64,000 bases of DNA from an uncultured Candidatus Rokubacteria bacterium (lineage in GTDB: Bacteria > Methylomirabilota > Methylomirabilia > Rokubacteriales > DASRDR01): contig CAWDVE010000010.1 in the NCBI GenBank assembly GCA_963805625.1, positions 1,440,001 through 1,504,000 on the forward strand. Direction: 5' to 3'. Under the pieces are notes generated by a model. It did no database searches. It was not told the origin of the DNA and worked only from the letters and a program-made list of their open reading frames with translations. The position numbers and the translations under genes are program-made. Positions 57,276 through 64,000 of the stretch are shown piece by piece (the stretch's first letter is position 1; each line of letters begins with the position of its first letter).

Positions 57276-58592
57276 TCAGCGCCCGCGCAGCGCCCGGCGC
57301 GCTTCCTCGGTGGCGTCGCTCTCCGGAAAGTCACGGACGAGCTGGCTCCAAGCCTGCCGCGCGTCGGACTCTCGCTTCTGGGCGCGATAGGCGAGGCCGA
57401 GGCGGAGCAGGGCCTGGGGCGTGTCCTTCCCCTTCGGGGCGAGATCGATGGCCTTCCGGTACTCGAGCGCGGCGCGCTCGAAGTCGCGCGCCGCGTAGTA
57501 CGCCTCGCCGATCCGGAACTGCGCCGACGCGGCGAGTGGGTCCGACGGAAACGTCTGGACGAGCTCCTCGAACTCCAGCACGGCCTGTCCCTGCTCGCCC
57601 TTGCTCCAGTTCTCCATCGCGCGATCGAAGAGGGCACGGGCGGTAGACGATCCCGGCCCGGGGAGGGTCGTCGTCGCCGCCGTGCCGGCCTTGGCGGGGC
57701 GCGGCGGCGTCGCCCCCGCTGGGCGCTCCGGGGCCGCCGTTTTCGGCTCGACGGGAGGCGGAGCGGCCTTCGCCACGCGCGCCGCTTCGTCGGGGGCCGG
57801 GCGAGCCGGGGTCGTGGCGCGAGGAGCGTCCGGCTTCTTCCAGGCCGGGGGCGTGTCGGCCACGCGAGGGCCCGTAGAGTCGACCATGGTCTCGCGCGGA
57901 GGAGCGGGCGCCACCGCTGGGGGCGGTGTCGAGCTCCTGGGGTTGCGCGAGGACCCGAGCGTCGCCGGCGGCGTGAGGCCGGCCCCCGCCGCAGCGCTGT
58001 CCGGCGCGGAGGCCGGCGGCGTGGACTCCTCGGCGGGACGGGGGGCCGATGACGCGGCCGGCGACCGCGCGGGCGATCCGCTTCGGGCCCCGGACGCCGA
58101 TGTCGACGCAGAGTCCAGGATCCGGGCGAGCTGGCTCTCGACCCCCGTGAGGCTCATCTCGACCCGGCGCAGTACCTGGCCCAGCTCGGTCGCTCGCCTC
58201 TCCAGGAGGTCGATGCGCCGGGCCTGGGCGTCGAGCACCTCGACCTGGCGCTGGAGGTCGTGACGGGACGACGCCTCGATCGCCTTCTGGACGGCGTCGA
58301 ACTCCGCTCGCGTCTCCTGCGCGACACGATCCGCGTGCTCCGTGCCGGCGCGCTGCGAAGCCTCCACGCGCGTGCGGAGCTCGGCGACATCGGCGCGGAG
58401 ACGGTCCACCTCCTGGCGCAGAGCAGCGGGAGAGTCGGGCGGCGGCGCCTTCGTCTCGTCCGCCGGCTTCGCGCCGCGCCCGCAGCCGCCGCTCAGGCCG
58501 GTCACCAGGACCACCGCGACCGCAACAGCCGTGTCGAGCCATCGTCGCGACCGGTCGCGACCTCGGATCTCTCGTGCCTGGGCCGATTTCAC
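57276..58592 (-). CDS. CpoB/YbgF-like lipoprotein (coiled coil, Pro/Ala linker, TPR)
   Basis: LSGGC lipobox; FPSDPLAASAQFRIGEAYY, PQALLRLG, FPES. Start approximate. Confidence 0.8.
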   Translation of the reverse strand: MKSAQAREIRGRDRSRRWLDTAVAVAVVLVTGLSGGCGRGAKPADETKAPPPDSPAALRQEVDRLRADVAELRTRVEASQRAGTEHADRVAQETRAEFDAVQKAIEASSRHDLQRQVEVLDAQARRIDLLERRATELGQVLRRVEMSLTGVESQLARILDSASTSASGARSGSPARSPAASSAPRPAEESTPPASAPDSAAAGAGLTPPATLGSSRNPRSSTPPPAVAPAPPRETMVDSTGPRVADTPPAWKKPDAPRATTPARPAPDEAARVAKAAPPPVEPKTAAPERPAGATPPRPAKAGTAATTTLPGPGSSTARALFDRAMENWSKGEQGQAVLEFEELVQTFPSDPLAASAQFRIGEAYYAARDFERAALEYRKAIDLAPKGKDTPQALLRLGLAYRAQKRESDARQAWSQLVRDFPESDATEEARRALRGR

Positions 58593-58775
58593 GCGCACAG
58601 TATCGCACCGTAGCACCCGCGCCGTTTCAGGGTCAACCAACGGGGGCCCCGCTGCTGTTGCCAAATGGAAATGTCACCTCCCCTAACTGGCACCCGAGCG
58701 GCTCAGCAACGGCTGCGGCAGTCGGGTGGCTGCCGCGGGTGGCCGCCCGGCGCGGCGCCGCGGTAAGCTGGCCAT

Positions 58776-60296
58776 GTGGCCGTCGCGACGCCGTCCCGGC
58801 TCCGCGTCCGACACCCGCTCCCTCCGGCGCGCTGGCCGACGCGCGAGGAGGCCGAGCAGGCCCGCTGGTTCTCCCCGGTCCGTCTCGGCGTCCACTGCCT
58901 GGCGGCCGACCGCACGTGGGTGCCGGCGATGGTCCCCTGGCGGGCGACCGAGGACGGCCACGTCACCCCCGAGGTGCTCGAGTGGTACGGCCGCTTCGCC
59001 GAGGGCCAGCCCGGTGTGCTGGTCGTGGAGGCAACCGGCATCCGCGACGTACCGAGCGGCCCGCTCCTCCGCATCGGCAGCGACCGTTTCGTCCCGGGGC
59101 TCCGGCACCTCGTCGAGACGGTGCGGGAGCGGAGCGAGGGGCGGACGCGCCTCTTCATCCAGGTCATCGACTTCGTCGCGGTCCGGCGGCGGCCGCAGCC
59201 GGCGACATTCTTCGCGCGCTATCTCGAGATCGGGGACGACCTCCGTCGCCGCCTGGCCGAGGCGCTCGACGACGCGCGCTGGCAGGACGCGGCTGCGGCG
59301 CCGGATGCCGAGGTGCGGGCCCGCCTGGCCGAAGCCGGACGCTCCCTCGTCGAGGCCGTTCTCAGCGCGCGCGAGCGGGAGTCGCTCGACTACGGCTACC
59401 GCGAGCGGGTAGGCGACCTCCACCTGCCGCACATCCGCGACCTGCCGCGGGTCCTGCCGGGCCTCTTCGCCGAGGCCGCGCAGCGGGCGCGCGAGGCGGG
59501 CTTCGACGGCGTCGAGCTTCACTACGCGCACGCCTACACGATGGCCTCGTTCCTCTCGCGGATGAACCGGCGGACTGACGGCTACGGCGGGGCGCGCCCG
59601 GAGCGGGCGCGGCTTCCGCTGGAGGTGCTCCACACGGTCCGGAACAAGGTCGGCGACGACTACGTGGTGGGCATCCGCTACCTGGGCCACGACGTGGTGG
59701 CAGGCGGTAACGACCTCGACGACGCGATCTGGTTCGGGCTTCGCTTCGCCGAGGGTCGGGCGGACTACCTGTCGGTGTCCAAGGGCGGCCGATTCGAGGA
59801 CGCCCGGCAGCCCAAGGTCGGCGAGGCGGTCTACCCCTACACCGGTGAGTCGGGCTATGAATGCATGCCCACCGTGATGTCGGACGCGCGAGGCCCGTTC
59901 GGCCGCAACGTGCCGCTGGCGGCCGCCATCCGGGCCGGCCTCCGGGCGGCGGGGCACCAGCTCCCGGTGGTCACGAGCGGCGGCGTGTCCACCTTCGACC
60001 AGGCGGAGGGCATCCTGGCCCGCGGGGAGGCGGATATCGTGGCGGCCGCACGCCAGACCCTCGCCGATCCGGACTGGTTCCGGAAGATCCGGCTGGGCCA
60101 CGGGCACCTCGTCCGTCGCTGCGAGTTCACGAACTACTGCGAGGGCCTGGACCAGCGGCACAAGCAGGTGACCTGCAAGCTGTGGGATCGCGATCTCGAC
60201 CAGGATGACCCGGGTGTGACGCTCGCGAGCGACGGGCGACGCCGGCTCGCGCCTCCGTCCTGGCGGCCGCCGGCCGCAGCGGGCGGAGAATCCTGA
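58776..60296 (+). CDS. NADH:flavin oxidoreductase (old yellow enzyme family)
   Basis: PAMV, AGFDGVELHYAHAY, NRRTDGYGG, ARQTLADPDW, C-terminal Cys motif. Confidence 0.9.
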   Translation: MAVATPSRLRVRHPLPPARWPTREEAEQARWFSPVRLGVHCLAADRTWVPAMVPWRATEDGHVTPEVLEWYGRFAEGQPGVLVVEATGIRDVPSGPLLRIGSDRFVPGLRHLVETVRERSEGRTRLFIQVIDFVAVRRRPQPATFFARYLEIGDDLRRRLAEALDDARWQDAAAAPDAEVRARLAEAGRSLVEAVLSARERESLDYGYRERVGDLHLPHIRDLPRVLPGLFAEAAQRAREAGFDGVELHYAHAYTMASFLSRMNRRTDGYGGARPERARLPLEVLHTVRNKVGDDYVVGIRYLGHDVVAGGNDLDDAIWFGLRFAEGRADYLSVSKGGRFEDARQPKVGEAVYPYTGESGYECMPTVMSDARGPFGRNVPLAAAIRAGLRAAGHQLPVVTSGGVSTFDQAEGILARGEADIVAAARQTLADPDWFRKIRLGHGHLVRRCEFTNYCEGLDQRHKQVTCKLWDRDLDQDDPGVTLASDGRRRLAPPSWRPPAAAGGES

Positions 60297-60400
60297 CGCG
60301 CGGCTCCGCCGGAGAGCCGGCGCACGATGCGGAATCTCGACAGCCCAAGGGGGCGCCCCGATGGACGTTGGCGTCATCCCGGGGCACAAGGAGATCCTCG

Positions 60401-60739
60401 ATGGGGAGCTACTACGCGTCCGAGCACCTCGGGAAGTTCGGAACCATCGCCCAGGGGAGCCCGGACCTTGCCGAGAAGTTCTTCGCCTGGTACAACGCGG
60501 TCTTCGCCGAGGGCGCCCTCAGCGAGCGCGAGAAGGCGCTGATCGCGCTGGGCGTGGCCCACGCCGTCCAGTGCCCCTACTGCATCGACGCGTACACGAA
60601 GACGTGTCTCGAGAAGGGCTCCGATCTCGAGCAGATGACGGAAGCGGTCCACGTGGCCTCGGCCATCCGGGGAGGCGCCTCGCTGGTCCATGGCGTCCAG
60701 ATGCTCGAGCACGCGCGGCACGCGGGGATGGCGGAGTGA
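60401..60739 (+). CDS. AhpD/CMD-family peroxidase-like protein of ArsS clusters
   Basis: REKALIALGVAHAVQCPYCID, GGASLVHGVQM; AAGGAG RBS. Confidence 0.88.
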   Translation: MGSYYASEHLGKFGTIAQGSPDLAEKFFAWYNAVFAEGALSEREKALIALGVAHAVQCPYCIDAYTKTCLEKGSDLEQMTEAVHVASAIRGGASLVHGVQMLEHARHAGMAE

Positions 60740-61848
60740 CGCCACCGGGGACAGGCGCCGCCGACCCCGACCTCGCGACCCTGGCCGCGGGCCCCAAGGG
60801 AACGCGAAGCCTCCGAGCCCGGGACTCCCCGCTCGCCTCGACTGCGGCTCAACTCCGGCTCCTCGAGACGCTGCCGCTCCCCGGCGGGGATTTCGACGCA
60901 ACCCTCGGAGCGTGTGGATGGACCGAGCTCAGGCCGGCGCCGCTCGAGATCTTCCAGATCAACGTGGGCCGCCTCTGTAACATGACCTGCCGCCACTGCC
61001 ACGTCGACGCGGGACCCGACCGGCTGGCGGAGAACATGGACCGCGAGACGGTCGACCTCTGCCTCGCGGCCCTCGACCGGACGACCGCGCACACGGTCGA
61101 CATCACCGGCGGGGCACCCGAGCTCAACCCTCACTTCCGCTACCTGGTCGACCAAGCCGTGGCGCGCGGAAAACATGTGATGGACCGGTGCAACCTCACG
61201 ATCCTCCTCCTTCCCCGCTGCGCCGACCTGCCCGAGTGGCTCGCGGCGCGTGGCGTCGAGATCGTATCCTCACTCCCCCACTACCGCCGGTTGAACACTG
61301 ACGCCCAGCGGGGTGAAGGCACCTTCGACCTGTCGATCGAGGCGCTGAGACGGCTGAACGCCGCGGGCTACGGGCAGGGCGATCCCAGACGCCGGCTGAC
61401 GCTCGTCAGCAATCCTGCCGGAGCGTTCCTACCCGGCTCGCAGGCTTCGCTCGAGCGCGACTGGAAGGCAGGGCTCGCCCGCCACCACGGCGTCACGTTC
61501 GACCGGCTCTTCACGCTGGTCAACATGCCGATCAATCGCTTCCTCGACTGGCTCGTCGAAAGCGGCAACCTCCAGGAGTACATGGCGCGGCTGCTGGCGA
61601 CCTTCAACCCGGCGGCGATCCCGGGTCTCATGTGTCGCAACACGATCTCGGTCGGCTGGGACGGGACGCTCCACGACTGCGACTTCAACCAGATGCTCGA
61701 CCTCCCGGTCGAGGCTCCTCCCGGTCGCCGCCCTCACGTGCGGGACCTCGACCCCGCCTGGCTCGAGACGCGCCGGATCCGCACCGCGCGTCACTGCTTC
61801 GGGTGCACGGCGGGCGCCGGGAGCTCCTGCGGCGGCGCCACGACGTGA
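60736..61848 (+). CDS. arsS: Radical SAM protein, ArsS family (arsenosugar biosynthesis)
   Basis: QINVG.LCNMTCRHCHVDAGP, DITGGAPELN, NMPINRF, MCR..DCDFNQML, HCFGCTAGAGSSCGG. Confidence 0.88.
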   Translation: MTPPGTGAADPDLATLAAGPKGTRSLRARDSPLASTAAQLRLLETLPLPGGDFDATLGACGWTELRPAPLEIFQINVGRLCNMTCRHCHVDAGPDRLAENMDRETVDLCLAALDRTTAHTVDITGGAPELNPHFRYLVDQAVARGKHVMDRCNLTILLLPRCADLPEWLAARGVEIVSSLPHYRRLNTDAQRGEGTFDLSIEALRRLNAAGYGQGDPRRRLTLVSNPAGAFLPGSQASLERDWKAGLARHHGVTFDRLFTLVNMPINRFLDWLVESGNLQEYMARLLATFNPAAIPGLMCRNTISVGWDGTLHDCDFNQMLDLPVEAPPGRRPHVRDLDPAWLETRRIRTARHCFGCTAGAGSSCGGATT

Positions 61849-63371
61849 GCGATTCGCCGAGGCTGCTCCCGGACGACGTCCACAACCGCACGCTGATCCA
61901 GAACGTCCACCCACCCGGCTGGGAGAACCCGGAGCCGGCCCGGCGGTACAACCTCGTGGTGGTCGGCGCGGGGACGGCGGGCCTCGTGAGCGCGGCGGGC
62001 GCCGCGGGCCTCGGCGCCCGGGTCGCCCTGGTCGAGCGGCACTTCATGGGCGGCGATTGCCTGGTCACGGGCTGCGTCCCCTCGAAGGCTGTGATCCGCT
62101 CCTCACGCGTCATCGGCGAGATCCGGGAGGCCGCGACATTCGGCGTGAAGGTTCCCGGCGGGGTGGTGGTCGACTTCGGCGCCGTCATGGAGCGGATGCG
62201 ACGGGTCCGCGCGGAGATCAGCCCGCATGACTCGGCCTGGCGCTTCAGCCGGGAACTCGGCGTCGACGTCTTCCTCGGCGACGCGGCATTCACCGGGCCC
62301 GACACGTTGGCCGTCGCCGGCCGGACCCTTCGCTTCGCGAGGGCCGTCGTCGCCACCGGAGCGCGGCCCGGACACCCGCCGATCCCCGGCCTCGCCGAGA
62401 CCGGATTCCTCACGAGCGAGACCGTCTTCGAGCTGACCGAGCGGCCCGGTCACCTGGCCGTGTTGGGCGGCGGCCCGATCGGGTGCGAGCTGGCCCAGGC
62501 GCTCCGTCGTCTCGGCGCGGAGGTGACCCTCCTGAGCGACGTGGCGCAGCTCCTGCCGCGCGAGGATGCGGACGCGGCCGAGATCGTCCGGCAGGCGCTC
62601 CTCCGGGACGGAGTGCGGCTGATCCTCGGCGCCGAGATCGCCAGCGTCACGCGCGAGGCGACGCGGAAAGTCCTCCGCTACCGGGAGAGCGGGCGGGAGG
62701 GCACCGTGGCGGCCGATGAGATCCTCGTCGCGGCCGGCCGCGTGCCGAACGTCGAGGGGCTCGGGCTCGAGGCAGCAGGCGTACGGCACGCGCGCGAGGG
62801 CATCGTCGTGGACGACCACCTGCGGACGACGAACCGCCGGGTCTACGCCGCCGGTGATGTGTGCCTCGGCTGGAAGTTCACCCACGCCGCCGGCGCCGCC
62901 GCGCGGATCGTCGTCCAGAACGCGCTCTTCGGGCTCGCCGGCCGCCGCCGGGTGAGCCGGCTCGTCATGCCGTGGTGCACGTACACGGACCCGGAGGTGG
63001 CGCACGTCGGGCTCAGCGAGCGCGAGGCGGGCGAGCGCGGGCTCGGGATCGACACGCTCGTGCGCCGCCTCGAGGACGTGGACCGTGCGCTCACCGACGG
63101 CGAGACGGAGGGCTTCGTCAAGGTGCACGTACGGCGCGGCACCGACCGGATCGTCGGCGCGACCATCGTCGCCCGGCGGGCCGGCGAGATGATCAGCGAG
63201 GTAACGCTCGCCATCGTCGCCGGGGTCGGGCTCGGCCTGCTCTCGGACGTCATCCACCCCTACCCCACGCAGGCCGAGGCGGTGCGCCACGTCGCCGATC
63301 AGTACCAGCGGACGCGATTGACGCCCTTCGTGCGCGCGGCGCTCAGGGCCTGGCTCAGGTTGGCGCGGTGA
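61845..63371 (+). CDS. Pyridine nucleotide-disulfide oxidoreductase (mercuric-reductase-like, not MerA proper)
   Basis: GAGTAG, GGDCLVTGCVPSK, GGGPIG, IHPYPTQAE; no C-terminal Cys pair. Confidence 0.88.
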   Translation: MSDSPRLLPDDVHNRTLIQNVHPPGWENPEPARRYNLVVVGAGTAGLVSAAGAAGLGARVALVERHFMGGDCLVTGCVPSKAVIRSSRVIGEIREAATFGVKVPGGVVVDFGAVMERMRRVRAEISPHDSAWRFSRELGVDVFLGDAAFTGPDTLAVAGRTLRFARAVVATGARPGHPPIPGLAETGFLTSETVFELTERPGHLAVLGGGPIGCELAQALRRLGAEVTLLSDVAQLLPREDADAAEIVRQALLRDGVRLILGAEIASVTREATRKVLRYRESGREGTVAADEILVAAGRVPNVEGLGLEAAGVRHAREGIVVDDHLRTTNRRVYAAGDVCLGWKFTHAAGAAARIVVQNALFGLAGRRRVSRLVMPWCTYTDPEVAHVGLSEREAGERGLGIDTLVRRLEDVDRALTDGETEGFVKVHVRRGTDRIVGATIVARRAGEMISEVTLAIVAGVGLGLLSDVIHPYPTQAEAVRHVADQYQRTRLTPFVRAALRAWLRLAR

Positions 63372-64000
63372 GCAAGGCGGCCCCTGGGGGCCCCGGCCGG
63401 CTGGCCCTTCTCGCGCTCGGCCTGCTCGCGGCGGGCGTCCTCGCGTGGGCCCTCGGCCTCTACGACTGGGTACGGCCGGAGCGGCTGGCCCGCCTGAGGA
63501 CGGCGATCGAGGCATACGGGGCCTGGGGGCCCCTCCTGTACGTGGGCGGCTACGTGGTGGCCGAGCTCCTCTTCGTCCCCGCGCTCCCCCTGACGCTCCT
63601 CGGCGGGCTCGTGTTCGGGCCGATCTGGGGCACGGTATACACGTGGATCGCGGCCACCCTCGCGGCCGCGTCTGCATTCCTGGTCGCCCGGCACCTCGCG
63701 CGGGACACCGTCGAGCGCTGGCGGGCCCAGAGCCCCCGGGTCGCGCGGATCGACGCCGCCGTCGAGCGCCACGGCTGGCGCATCCTGATGGTGACCCGCC
63801 TCGTCCCGCTCTTCCCGTTCAACCTCCAGAACTTCGCGTACGGCCTGACACGGATCCCCTTTTGGACGTACGTCGGAGTGTCGTCGGTGTGCATGCTGCC
63901 AGGCACCATCGCATTCACGCTGGCGGGCGGCGCGCTCTCCGGCGGCGGCAATTCCACACGGATCGCGTGGACCCTCGCCGCCGCAGCCGCCCTGATCGTC
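63368..64000 (+). CDS. TVP38/TMEM64 (DedA/VTT) membrane protein, runs off the right edge
   Basis: GTG overlaps the upstream stop; GGLVFGPIWG, RLVPLFPFNLQNFAYGLT, MLPGT. Confidence 0.9.
   Translation, partial: MSKAAPGGPGRLALLALGLLAAGVLAWALGLYDWVRPERLARLRTAIEAYGAWGPLLYVGGYVVAELLFVPALPLTLLGGLVFGPIWGTVYTWIAATLAAASAFLVARHLARDTVERWRAQSPRVARIDAAVERHGWRILMVTRLVPLFPFNLQNFAYGLTRIPFWTYVGVSSVCMLPGTIAFTLAGGALSGGGNSTRIAWTLAAAAALIV

Noticed and set aside
61820-61848. Selenocysteine in ArsS
   Set aside because: The relevant codon is TGC, and the TGA at 61846 is a normal stop overlapping the next start.
61845-63371. Mercury resistance merA
   Set aside because: No C-terminal Cys-Cys, no NmerA domain, and no merR/T/P.
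1-64000. Many long alternative ORFs (e.g. 5765-7924 -, 29331-31472 +, 35767-38145 +, 39349-42186 +, 45998-48097 +, 54868-56874 -)
   Set aside because: Shadow frames of motif-bearing genes in high-GC DNA; Arg/Pro/Gly-rich with no family motifs.
1-64000. CRISPR array, tRNA, rRNA, IS transposase
   Set aside because: No regularly spaced repeat-spacer series, cloverleaf, rRNA-like tract or transposase motif was recognised by eye; short RNAs could have been missed.

Overview
High-GC, gene-dense bacterial chromosomal segment. Its style (multi-GAF kinases, double-zinc-ribbon cyclase, many Tat-exported ABC binding proteins) resembles Candidatus Rokubacteria/Methylomirabilota, but that is inference only. 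No rRNA, tRNA or CRISPR array was recognised. Main content: (1) a ~10.2 kb decayed tyrosine-integrase island (3679-13868). It is inserted in the last codons of an ABC substrate-binding gene, supplies a replacement 3' end, and splits a PaaK / PrpD / acyl-CoA ligase / ABC / nitrilase-like operon; att-like 26-bp repeats and paired CGCAACC motifs are visible at both ends. (2) Dpp- and Liv-type ABC transporters, a GntR regulator and a three-subunit molybdo-hydroxylase. (3) A CoA-dependent cluster with an acyl-CoA dehydrogenase, MaoC, thiolase, DUF35 protein, a two-subunit B12 acyl-CoA mutase with an atypical active site, two methyltransferases and a CoA-transferase. (4) A SerK/SbnI-like free-serine-kinase candidate directly upstream of trpB2, suggesting a phosphoserine-fed indole-to-tryptophan salvage module. 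(5) The start of an ArsS radical-SAM (arsenosugar-type) cluster. Several single-base frameshifts may be sequencing errors. All calls come from reading motifs by eye, without database searches.
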